Part shown: positions 45,483 through 53,601 of the stretch, piece after piece | Position numbering within the stretch: position 1 is the stretch's first letter | Layout: every line of letters starts with the position of its first letter | NCBI GenBank assembly: GCA_051003235.1 | Contig: JBPCLN010000120.1 | Span: forward strand, 1 to 56,502 | Length of the DNA stretch: 56,502 bases | Source: Chloroflexota bacterium | GTDB taxonomy: Bacteria > Chloroflexota > UBA4733 | Direction: 5' to 3' | Translations under genes and position numbers: made by a program | The notes under the pieces: generated by a model | Database searches by the model: none | Seen by the model: the letters and a program-made list of their open reading frames with translations, nothing else | Told to the model about the DNA's origin: nothing

Positions 45483-46963
45483 TACTCGGTACCTCCTGCT
45501 GCTTCGGTACGGCGATGGTGGGGGAACAGAATGACCTCGCGGATGGAGTGATTGTCGGTGAGCAGCATCGTGAGGCGGTCCACACCCAGGCCAATGCCTC
45601 CCGTGGGTGGCATGCCGTGCTGCAAGGCCAGCAGGTAGTCCTCGTCCAGTTGGTGAGCGTCCACATCTCCCTGCGCCGCCGCCCGTTGCTGGTCGAGGAA
45701 ACGCTCCCGCTGATCGTCCGGATCGTTCAACTCGCTGAAGGCATTGCCCAATTCAAAGCCGGCCACCAACGGTTCAAAGCGCTCCACCAGCATCGAATCG
45801 TCACGGTGACGCTTCGCCAGGGGTGATAGTTCCCAGGGATAGTCCATCAAGAAGGTCGGCTGGATCAAGTTCGGTTCAACGTAATTCTTGACCAACTCGT
45901 CAACCATCCTGGCCCAACTCTCGCCGCCACCGCAGCGTAGCCGGCGTTCTCGGCAGGCGGCGAGCAGCGCGGCGGCGGCGCGGTACAGGCTAAAGTCCAG
46001 TCCGGTCGCCTCCAGGATGGCCTGCCGCATGGTCAGCCGTCGCCAGGGCGGCGTGAAGTCTAGCTGCTGTCCCTGGTAGGCAAGGACGTTGCTCCCGCCA
46101 ATTTCCTGCACCACCATGACGACCAACGCTTCAAAGAGGTCCATCATGTCGTAGTAGTCGGCGTAGGCTTGATACGCCTCCAACATCGTGAATTCCGGGT
46201 TGTGCTTGTAGGAAATGCTCTCGTTCCGAAAATCGTGGCCGATCTCGTAGACCCGATCGAAGCCGCCGACAATCAACCGCTTGAGATAGAGCTCGTCGGA
46301 AATGCGCAGGTACAGTTTCTGCGCCAGCTCGTTGTGATAGGTGTCAAATGGCTGCGCCGTCCCGCCGCCGTAGAGCGGCTGCAGAACGGGCGTTTCCACT
46401 TCCAGAAAACCGCGACTATCCAGGCAGCGCCGTAGAGTACTGACGATCCGGCTGCGCGTCCGAAAAATCTGTCGGCTGCCCTCGTTCGCCATGAGGTCCA
46501 GATAGCGATGACGTTGGCGGAGTTCGACGTCCTTCAGACCATGGAACTTCTCCGGCGGTGGTTGCAGGGCCTTCGCCAGCAGCGTCAACGTTTGTACGCC
46601 CACCGACGGCTCGCCGGGGCGGGAGCGCAAGGTCTCTCCTGCCGCGCCGACAATGTCGCCGGCATGGAGGTCGCGCAGCAACGCCCAACCGGCATCGCCC
46701 AGCGTCTCTCGCCGGAGGAGCAACTGCACGCGGCCGCTGTCATCGCTGAGGTGGACGAAGGCGATCCGACCCATGTCGCGCAACACGCCCATGCGGCCGG
46801 CAACCGTGACGCCGGTCGGCGTATCGGCCAGGGCGGCCGCTTCGGTGCAGGTATGGGTGCGTGCGAACGTGGCAGGAAACGGGGCAACCCCCCGGCTTCG
46901 TAGCCGATCCAGGGCGACTCGCCGCTGGACGCTTTCGTCGCTCTCGCTAGCTTGCTCGGTCAT
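45482..46963 (-). CDS. lysS: lysine--tRNA ligase (class II)
   Basis: 493-aa ORF with an OB anticodon-binding domain and class II core (..FRNESISYKHNPEFTMLEAYQAYADY.., ..GGIGLGVDRLTMLL..). Confidence 0.95.
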   Translation of the reverse strand: MTEQASESDESVQRRVALDRLRSRGVAPFPATFARTHTCTEAAALADTPTGVTVAGRMGVLRDMGRIAFVHLSDDSGRVQLLLRRETLGDAGWALLRDLHAGDIVGAAGETLRSRPGEPSVGVQTLTLLAKALQPPPEKFHGLKDVELRQRHRYLDLMANEGSRQIFRTRSRIVSTLRRCLDSRGFLEVETPVLQPLYGGGTAQPFDTYHNELAQKLYLRISDELYLKRLIVGGFDRVYEIGHDFRNESISYKHNPEFTMLEAYQAYADYYDMMDLFEALVVMVVQEIGGSNVLAYQGQQLDFTPPWRRLTMRQAILEATGLDFSLYRAAAALLAACRERRLRCGGGESWARMVDELVKNYVEPNLIQPTFLMDYPWELSPLAKRHRDDSMLVERFEPLVAGFELGNAFSELNDPDDQRERFLDQQRAAAQGDVDAHQLDEDYLLALQHGMPPTGGIGLGVDRLTMLLTDNHSIREVILFPHHRRTEAAGGTE

Positions 46964-46976
46964 GGACGGTGTACCC

Positions 46977-47750
46977 TTAATTCATCAGGCGCACCACGGC
47001 GCCACTGCCGGCCTCCACTCGAATGGTACCGCCAGTCTCCGTTTTGACGATAAGCGCCCCGGAACCATCGACCGCTGTCGCCCGCCCGCTGACGACGTGG
47101 CCGTCCCGTTCGACGGCCACGGATTGCCCCACCGTGTCCAATAGCAACCGCCAGGCCTCTTTGATGTGATCCAGCCGCCCGCGCAGCAGCCGTCCCAGCA
47201 AGTGGTCAAGTTCGCGCAGCACGCGCCCAGCGACGTCGTTGCGCTTAGCCGGATGGAGCGACCAGGCATCCAGCGCCGTCACTCCCGATTCGGCAACCGC
47301 CGCTGCGGCGTGCACGTTGATGCCGATGCCGACGATGGCCAACGGTGAACCGGCGGGAATCTCCGTAAGCACCCCACCGACTTTCATGCCACCGAGCAGC
47401 ACGTCGTTCGGCCATTTGATACGCGGCGGCACACTGGTGAAGCCGCGCAGCGCCTGAACTGCGGCGATTGCCGCCGTTGGCGTCAACCAGGAGATCGCCT
47501 CCGGCTTGGCCGGTACGGGAACGAGCACGGAAAGGTGGAGGCCGGCGCCGGGCGGTGACAGCCAGCTGCGCCCCTGCGTTCCCCGTCCGGCCGTTTGGTA
47601 GCCGGCAATGGCGGCCGTCCCTGCCAGGGCGCCACGATTGATGAGATCGCGAGCAACGTCCTGCGTCGAGGTCGTTTCCGGCAGGTACAGCACAGCCGCG
47701 CCACACACGGCGCCGGCGTCGGCTACCAGGATCTCAGGGGCATCTTGCAT
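46977..47750 (-). CDS. birA: biotin--[acetyl-CoA-carboxylase] ligase, group I (no N-terminal HTH)
   Basis: ..TTSTQDVARDL...YQTAGRGTQGRSWLSP.. (GRGRxGRxW-type motif). ATG 47750 is chosen because the track start 47804 lies inside a terminator hairpin. Confidence 0.8.
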   Translation of the reverse strand: MQDAPEILVADAGAVCGAAVLYLPETTSTQDVARDLINRGALAGTAAIAGYQTAGRGTQGRSWLSPPGAGLHLSVLVPVPAKPEAISWLTPTAAIAAVQALRGFTSVPPRIKWPNDVLLGGMKVGGVLTEIPAGSPLAIVGIGINVHAAAAVAESGVTALDAWSLHPAKRNDVAGRVLRELDHLLGRLLRGRLDHIKEAWRLLLDTVGQSVAVERDGHVVSGRATAVDGSGALIVKTETGGTIRVEAGSGAVVRLMN

Positions 47751-47766
47751 CGTAGCTATCCAGGTC

Positions 47767-47812
47767 AAAACAAACAAAGGCGGGGAGCGGAGGTTGCCCC
47801 CCACTCCCCGCC
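47767..47812 (-). terminator. Strong intrinsic terminator 16 nt upstream of the birA start
   Basis: Reverse strand: GGCGGGGAGUGGGGG-GCAA-CCUCCGCUCCCCGCC (15 bp including 2 G-U pairs, GNRA tetraloop; 47779-47812) followed by UUUGUUUGUUUU (47767-47778). Confidence 0.75.
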
Positions 47813-47834
47813 AGGTAGCTGCCGGGCAGCGACC

Positions 47835-47906
47835 CTAGACTGCGGTAACCCCATTGGAGCCCCGCATAGAAGCACTGCCGCTGCCCAAGCAACTTGCACT
47901 ACCCAC
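47835..47906 (-). CDS. Candidate 23-codon leader mini-ORF (MGSASCLGSGSASMRGSNGVTAV)
   Basis: GTG at 47906 lies 9 nt after GGAGG (47916-47920, within AAAGGAGGTG). The ORF has 6 Ser and 5 Gly codons and a TAG stop 22 nt before the terminator stem. It is too short for any coding statistics. Confidence 0.25.
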   Translation of the reverse strand: MGSASCLGSGSASMRGSNGVTAV

Positions 47907-47934
47907 TACACACCACCTCCTTTCTTACACGATG

Positions 47935-47963
47935 AGCGTACCATAATTGCCAGGGGTTGACAA
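47935..47963 (-). promoter_or_regulatory. Candidate promoter TTGTCA-17 nt-TACGCT for the leader transcript
   Basis: The reverse strand has TTGTCA (47963..47958), a 17-nt spacer and TACGCT (47940..47935). It lies 21 nt after the PBP stop codon. Confidence 0.35.
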
Positions 47964-47983
47964 TGGCGATGGGAGTTACGGCA

Positions 47984-50329
47984 TTAAGTGGGCCGGTAGG
48001 TTTCGTTGCCGACGGTGGAGACAACGCGCGGCCACGCGGCTGGGCAGAGGTACTCCGTCGTCGTGCAGGTCTGGTGGTCGCCAGGTGGGACATGCGGCTG
48101 CCAGGGAGTCTTGAAGTAGGCCTCGTAGACGGCGCGGCAGATCGGCGCAGCAACATCGGCCCCTTCGCCGGCATGCTCGGCCATCGCCACCACGGCGATC
48201 TCCGGTTTGTCGGCCGGTGCGAAGCTGGCGAACCAGGCATGTGGCTGGGCTTGACCGCTCTGGGCGGTGCCGGTTTTGCCGGCGATGGGAATAGGAAAAT
48301 CGCGGAAGGCCCAGGAGCCGGTGCCGAGCCAGCCTGTAGTTTCGTCGACGACGCGCCGCATGGCAGCCCGCACCGTCGCCAGTTCGTTGACACCCACGGG
48401 CAGGGTACTCAGCTTTTTCACCGGCGCCGGCGTCTGCTCTCCACCGGTCGGCGCCAGCACCTTATCAACGACACGCGGCGTCCAGAGTGTGCCGCCGTTA
48501 GCGATGGCGGCGATCCAATTCACCATTTGCAAGGGAGTGACCAGCAAGGCGCCTTGACCAATCGCCAGGTTCACCGGGTCGCCAGGATACCAGGGTTCGT
48601 TCTGGGTCTGTTGCTTCCAGGTTGGACTGGGCAGGATGCCTGCCGCCTCCTGCAGGCCGACGATGCCGGTGGTTTGCCCAACGCCAAAACCCTTGGCGAG
48701 GTCGGGGAAGACGTTGTGTCCCCTCCCGTCCAGCGTATGGCCGACTTCGTAGAACACCACATCGCAGGATTGGGCCAGGGCCTCCGTCAGGCTAATGTTG
48801 CCGTGGCCACCGATTTTCCAGCAGTGCAATGCAATACCCAGCCCGTTCCAGACGCCGGTACACGTGAACATGGAAGCGGGGCCAAACATCGAACTGCCCA
48901 GACCGGACGACATGGTGACCGTCTTGAACGTGGAACCGGCAGGGTAGGCGCCCAGCGTCGGTCGGTTGGTCAGCGGCTGAGCGGCGTTTTGGAAGAGCGC
49001 CTGGGCCTGTTGTTGGGACAGCCCCAGGATGAATTCGTTCGGGTCGAAACTCGGATTGCTGGCGAGCGCCAACAGCGAGCCGTCGCTCACGCGCATGACC
49101 GCGACGCTGCCGTTGTATTTGCCCAGTGCGTCTTGCGCTACCTTCTGCAAAACCATATCCAACGTCAGGACAATGTTGCTGCCCCGCACGGGCGCACGCT
49201 CGGCAATCACCGTGAACACCGTGGCGTCGGGCGTCACCACCGCCAGCTTGCCCCCACGCTTCCCAGCAAGCGTCGCCTCACCCCAGCGTTCCAGGCCTGA
49301 CCGGCCGATCCAATCGCCGGTCAAGTACCCTTCTTGCCATTTCGTCTTCAACTCGTCGGCATTAATTTCGCCCAGATAGCCGACGGACTGGGCCGCCAAT
49401 TCCTTCTGCGGATATCCCCGCAAGGGAACGTCAGTGAAGGCAATACCAGGCGTGTCCTTCAGTGCCGCCTGGACAGCGGCAAGCTGCGCCGGCAGCACGA
49501 TTTGCACCGGCTGGAGCCAGGTTGGATGAGTCTTCGCTTTATCGTAGAGCGCCTGCAGTTGGGGCAATGGATGGCTCAGGGCTTTGCTCACCGCTGCCAG
49601 GGTGGCAGGGACGTCCTGGATCTTGCCCGGCACCAGGCCCAGGTTGGTATAGGTCGTCTGCGTCGCGACCTTCGCGCCCGTGCGATCGACGATCTCACCG
49701 CGCGGCAGGCTTTGTGGTGTCATGGATATCAGGTTCGGGCCTGCCAGCTCTTTGAAGATCAGTGACGGCAGCCATTGCACCAGCCAGCGGTCGCCCTCCT
49801 GGATCAGGGCGATGGTGTTGTCCTGATCGACCGTTCCCACCAGGGCCGTCTGCATCGTGACGTGAAAGCGTTGGGTTGGACTCTGCGCGTCCTCCGCTGG
49901 CAGCACTTGCGCCTTCAGGGTAATGATGCTGGCGACGTCCCAGATCTCGGCATAACGCGTAACAAATTTGTCCTTGGCGATCGTCGCCTGGGCCTCTTGA
50001 CTGAGCAGGGTATACATCGTCGGGTAATCCTGCGCCTCCCAGCCGGCGAGAAAGGCCTTGGCTGCCCCTTGCGGTGTATTCGTTGGCGTTGGTGTCGGGG
50101 TGGGCGGCACGGGGGTCGCGGTCGGGGGGATTGCCGATGGCGTAGCGGGCGCAGTCGGGGCGGCAATCGAACCGGAGGCGCGGCTTTCCGCCGCCAACGT
50201 GCTGGCGCCGGCGCAGGCCGCGAGCGACAGCGCGGCGCCACTGCCAACCGCGAGAATACCAAGCAACTGCCGCCGTCCCAGCCGTCGGGGTGATTGAGCC
50301 GGAGTTCGGGGAGGGGGCAATAGGGTCAC
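47984..50329 (-). CDS. penicillin-binding protein (class B transpeptidase) with NTF2-like (MecA_N-type) N-terminal domain
   Basis: 781-aa ORF. Signal/anchor ..LGILAVGSGAALSLAACAG.., a Pro/Thr linker, an NTF2-like segment (..AAKAFLAGWEAQDYPTMY..), and transpeptidase motifs STFK (..AGSTFKTVT..) and KTGTA. Confidence 0.85.
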   Translation of the reverse strand: MTLLPPPRTPAQSPRRLGRRQLLGILAVGSGAALSLAACAGASTLAAESRASGSIAAPTAPATPSAIPPTATPVPPTPTPTPTNTPQGAAKAFLAGWEAQDYPTMYTLLSQEAQATIAKDKFVTRYAEIWDVASIITLKAQVLPAEDAQSPTQRFHVTMQTALVGTVDQDNTIALIQEGDRWLVQWLPSLIFKELAGPNLISMTPQSLPRGEIVDRTGAKVATQTTYTNLGLVPGKIQDVPATLAAVSKALSHPLPQLQALYDKAKTHPTWLQPVQIVLPAQLAAVQAALKDTPGIAFTDVPLRGYPQKELAAQSVGYLGEINADELKTKWQEGYLTGDWIGRSGLERWGEATLAGKRGGKLAVVTPDATVFTVIAERAPVRGSNIVLTLDMVLQKVAQDALGKYNGSVAVMRVSDGSLLALASNPSFDPNEFILGLSQQQAQALFQNAAQPLTNRPTLGAYPAGSTFKTVTMSSGLGSSMFGPASMFTCTGVWNGLGIALHCWKIGGHGNISLTEALAQSCDVVFYEVGHTLDGRGHNVFPDLAKGFGVGQTTGIVGLQEAAGILPSPTWKQQTQNEPWYPGDPVNLAIGQGALLVTPLQMVNWIAAIANGGTLWTPRVVDKVLAPTGGEQTPAPVKKLSTLPVGVNELATVRAAMRRVVDETTGWLGTGSWAFRDFPIPIAGKTGTAQSGQAQPHAWFASFAPADKPEIAVVAMAEHAGEGADVAAPICRAVYEAYFKTPWQPHVPPGDHQTCTTTEYLCPAAWPRVVSTVGNETYRPT

Positions 50330-50519
50330 TCTGCATCTCCATGTGAAGCGGGTGCGGCGGACAGGGTCGTGATCAGTGTACCAAGTCCTCCCCCGCGCTT
50401 CTCCTTCAGCAAACCTTCAGGTTGGTCTACCCCAGTTTCAGCCTGCGTGCGTAGCATGAGGTCAATGCGAGCGTCTACCCGTGCTGCTCGACGTAACCAC
50501 CAAGGATGGAGGTGATCTA

Positions 50520-50975
50520 GTGATCGGACGCCGACTGCGAGCCCTGCTCGTCGCCGCACTGGCGGTAGGAGGACTCGTCTGGTGTGTCAGCAAGCTCGAA
50601 GCACTGGGCGCGCCGTTCCTGCCAACCTTTCTGACGGGCATCGTGCCGCCGGTGCTCCGCCTTACCGCCAGTCAAGTGGCCGCGCAACTCGGCGCGCTGG
50701 CCATGCAGCTTGGCGTGCTCCTGGTGGCGATCCTGCAAATAGCGGTCGCCGCCCTGGCCCTCGTCGCCGTGCTCGCCATCGTCGTGGCAATTCGCCGACC
50801 GCGCACAACGCGCCGTGGCAAAGTGACCACATTCCAAGCGCCACGCGGCGCCGTCTCTGGCGCCGCGCCCGTAGCGCTACCACAGCGCTGCCCCAGTTGC
50901 GGCCGGCCGGTCCAAACGGACTGGGTCGCGTGTCCCAACTGTATGGTCAGCCTGCCGGCGCGCCGGGCGTCGTAG
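50520..50975 (+). CDS. hypothetical membrane protein with C-terminal CxxC...CxxC zinc ribbon
   Basis: GTG 50520 lies 5 nt after GGAGGTGA. Two or three TM segments are followed by ..CPSCGRPVQTDWVACPNCMVSL... The track start 50481 lacks an SD. Confidence 0.5.
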   Translation: MIGRRLRALLVAALAVGGLVWCVSKLEALGAPFLPTFLTGIVPPVLRLTASQVAAQLGALAMQLGVLLVAILQIAVAALALVAVLAIVVAIRRPRTTRRGKVTTFQAPRGAVSGAAPVALPQRCPSCGRPVQTDWVACPNCMVSLPARRAS

Positions 50976-50990
50976 CCCTGGTGCGAAACC

Positions 50991-52580
50991 CTACGACGTC
51001 TTCAACGCTGCGTTCGCTTTCTGATCGGCGGCGGCGAGGGCGTCCTTATAGTTCGCCGTACCGGCGATCACTTGCTGCAACGTGGATAGCAAGATATCCC
51101 GCACCTGCTGCCAGGCCGCGACTTTTGGCTCGCCTTTGTTTCCGGCATATTGCAGGCCATTGATGGCGACCGCGTTGCGCGGATTCTCGGCCAGGAATGC
51201 CTTGTATTCCGTTGTTTCCGTGGCTGACTTGCGCACCGGCATGTAGCCCGTGCCGAGCGCCCACTTCGCCGTCTGTGGCGCGGCGCTGAAGTACTTCATG
51301 AATTCCCATGCGCCGCGCTGGACCTCGGCGCTGGTCTTGAAGAGGGTGACATTGCCACCGTAGAGGTCGGAAGCCGGCTCTTGTCCTACCTGCCCTACCG
51401 GCGGCATTTCTGCTGTCCAGTTGAAGTTCACATTCGCCTTCGTTAGCGTCGACAGCATGAAGGAACGGGCCGAACTGGAATCCTGGTAGAAAGCCGTCTT
51501 CTGTTGCTCGAAGTCCGTCTCCGACTGGAAGCCCGTCGGCGCCTGCACCGCTTTCGCCTGGACCAACGCCGACAGCAGCGCCAGAGACGCCTGGGCCTCC
51601 GGCGTATTGAGCGTTAGCTTCTGCCCGTCGGCGCTGAGCAAATCAGCGTGGCGGCTGAATACCCAGGTGGAAAAGCGTGAGGCGTCGGCGCCGAATTCCC
51701 AGGCTTTCGTGCCGCCGACGCCGACCTTCAGGGCCTGCTGCTGGAATTCGTCCCACGTTTTCGGCGGATTGTCAAAGCCGGCTTTCTTCAACAGATCAGC
51801 GTTGTACCACATGAGTTCCAGGCTCTTCGTGAACGGAAAGGTGAGAAACTTGTTGCCGAACTGCGAAAACTTGCCCAACTCCAGGAAGGCCGGGAAGAAA
51901 TCGGCCTTGTCGGCGGCAGTGAGGCCATACTGGGCATTGTTGATATAGTCATCCCAGGGCACGACCAGGTTGCTGGAGTAATAGTTGGCCACCTGATTCT
52001 CGTAGGCAACCGAAAACGATACCGGCTGGCCGGCGGTGATGGACGCTACATTTGCCTTGTAGAGGTCGTCGTAGCTCCCCTTGTATTCCGGCACAATCGT
52101 GTAGTTGGACTGGCTGGCGTTATAGGCCAGGACCATCTGGTTCAGGAGCAGCGCGTTCGGGCCGGACTGGGTGTGCCAGAAGGTGACTTTGGTACCGCGT
52201 AGCGTCACGGGCACCGCCGTGGCCACAGGAGTTGGCGCTTTCGAAGCGGCGGCGGACGCGGCGCTGCTGCTGGTTGCCGCCGATGTGGTCACGGCGGCGG
52301 TCGATGCCGCAGTCGTGCCGGACGAAGTCGTGCCGGCCGTTGTTGCGCTATTCGCCGCGCTTGCAGCCGTCGTGGAAGCAGCGCTGGTCGTCGGAGCGGC
52401 ACTGCTCGTTGCAGCGCTACTGGTTGGCGCGGCGCTGCTGGTGGCGGCACTACTTCCGGCACTGCTTCCGGCACTGGTGGTCACCGAGGTCGCCGCGGAT
52501 CCGCCACAGGCGGCCAGCGACAGCCCCGCCAGTGCCTCGGAGGCCAGGATCAGGAAACTTCGACGGGAAGACGTTTTCAA
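50991..52580 (-). CDS. ABC transporter sugar-binding lipoprotein (CUT1 type) with Ala/Ser/Thr linker
   Basis: I prefer TTG 52580 (MKTSSRRSFLILASEALAGLSLAACGG: Tat motif plus lipobox), preceded by GAGGAGAGGG. The track start is 52637. Confidence 0.85.
   Translation of the reverse strand: MKTSSRRSFLILASEALAGLSLAACGGSAATSVTTSAGSSAGSSAATSSAAPTSSAATSSAAPTTSAASTTAASAANSATTAGTTSSGTTAASTAAVTTSAATSSSAASAAASKAPTPVATAVPVTLRGTKVTFWHTQSGPNALLLNQMVLAYNASQSNYTIVPEYKGSYDDLYKANVASITAGQPVSFSVAYENQVANYYSSNLVVPWDDYINNAQYGLTAADKADFFPAFLELGKFSQFGNKFLTFPFTKSLELMWYNADLLKKAGFDNPPKTWDEFQQQALKVGVGGTKAWEFGADASRFSTWVFSRHADLLSADGQKLTLNTPEAQASLALLSALVQAKAVQAPTGFQSETDFEQQKTAFYQDSSSARSFMLSTLTKANVNFNWTAEMPPVGQVGQEPASDLYGGNVTLFKTSAEVQRGAWEFMKYFSAAPQTAKWALGTGYMPVRKSATETTEYKAFLAENPRNAVAINGLQYAGNKGEPKVAAWQQVRDILLSTLQQVIAGTANYKDALAAADQKANAALKTS
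52446..52477. repeat. 12-nt tandem repeat (ggcactRcttcc x2.7) in the SBP linker
   Basis: ggcactacttcc (52446-57), ggcactgcttcc (52458-69), ggcactgg (52470-77). Encodes SAGSSAGSS on the reverse strand. Confidence 0.7.
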
Positions 52581-52671
52581 CGATACCCTCTCCTCTTGCA
52601 GATCGTCCCAGCGGATATTCAGCCACCGCCGAGACATGATTTTACAGGAACGTCCGCCTTGTGACGGGCGC

Positions 52672-53601
52672 TCACCCTTTCAACCCAGCACGGGCGATTC
52701 CCTCAATGAACTGCCGCTGGGCAACCAGGAACAAGATTAAAATCGGCGCGATGGTAAATGCCGCCGCCGCCATCAACTGATTGATCTGCGTCCCATTCTC
52801 CGTGATGAAGAAGGAGAGGCCCACTTGTAGCGGCCGCATCGTATCGCTGCTGGTGACAATCAATGGCCAGAGCAGCGAATTCCAACTTTCCAGGAAGCCA
52901 AACAAGGCCAACGTCAAAATTCCTGGCAAGGACAACGGCGTCACGACTCGGTAAAGATAACCGGCATGGCCCAGTCCGTCCAATTGCGCCGCTTCCCAGA
53001 GCTCGTTGGGCAAGGTGGAGATGAACTGGCGCAGCAGAAAGATGCCGAAGACGCTGGCCAGCCAGGGCACGATTAACGCCTGGTAGGTGTTGTACCAATG
53101 GAAGGATTTGATAATCACGAAGTCCGGCACCAGCATGGCTTCAAAGGGCACCATCAACGTGGCAAGCAAACAGATAAAGATCACATTACGCCCGAAGAAC
53201 TCCATTTTCGCAAACGTGTAGCCCGCCAGCACGGATGTGAGCAACGAGCCGGCGGTGGTGGCGCTGGCGATAAAGATTGTGTTCAGGAAGTAACGCGCGA
53301 AGCCGCCCGGCCAGGGACCGGGCACTTTCCAGGCGTCGGCATAATTGCTGAAATGCCAGGCCACCGGCAGAAAAGTCGGCGGATAGGCCAGGGCTTCGAA
53401 CTGCGTCTTGAAGGACGTGAGCACCATCCAGATAAATGGCAGCGCCACCAGCAACCCGGCCACCGTCAGGGCCAGGTAGATGGGCACCGCGCGTAGGCGA
53501 TGGCGTGTATGCAGCGTTGCCGTGCCTGCCCGGGCGGTAGGCAACAGGCGCGTCTGTGTCGTACTAGCCACTGGCGGCCCTTGCGCTGCGTCCCACGACA
53601 C
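52672..53601 (-). CDS. carbohydrate ABC transporter permease (MalG/BPD_transp_1 type)
   Basis: Six TM segments with the EAA-type loop ..ELWEAAQLDGLGHAGYLYRVVTPL... The start is uncertain: ATG 53601 overlaps the upstream gene by 38 nt, and GTG 53571 is an alternative. Confidence 0.85.
   Translation of the reverse strand: MSWDAAQGPPVASTTQTRLLPTARAGTATLHTRHRLRAVPIYLALTVAGLLVALPFIWMVLTSFKTQFEALAYPPTFLPVAWHFSNYADAWKVPGPWPGGFARYFLNTIFIASATTAGSLLTSVLAGYTFAKMEFFGRNVIFICLLATLMVPFEAMLVPDFVIIKSFHWYNTYQALIVPWLASVFGIFLLRQFISTLPNELWEAAQLDGLGHAGYLYRVVTPLSLPGILTLALFGFLESWNSLLWPLIVTSSDTMRPLQVGLSFFITENGTQINQLMAAAAFTIAPILILFLVAQRQFIEGIARAGLKG

Noticed and set aside
47813-47950. T-box riboswitch upstream of the aaRS operon (AAUGGGGUUACCGCAG resembles the T-box AGGGUGGUACCGCG)
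   Set aside because: The UGGN bulge needed to pair with tRNA NCCA is not preserved (GGUU in the aligned position). The segment does not overlap the terminator 5' arm as a T-box antiterminator must. I could not find Stem I features (K-turn, specifier loop, AG bulge). The region is kept only as an unclassified leader, and an Infernal scan should confirm the rejection.
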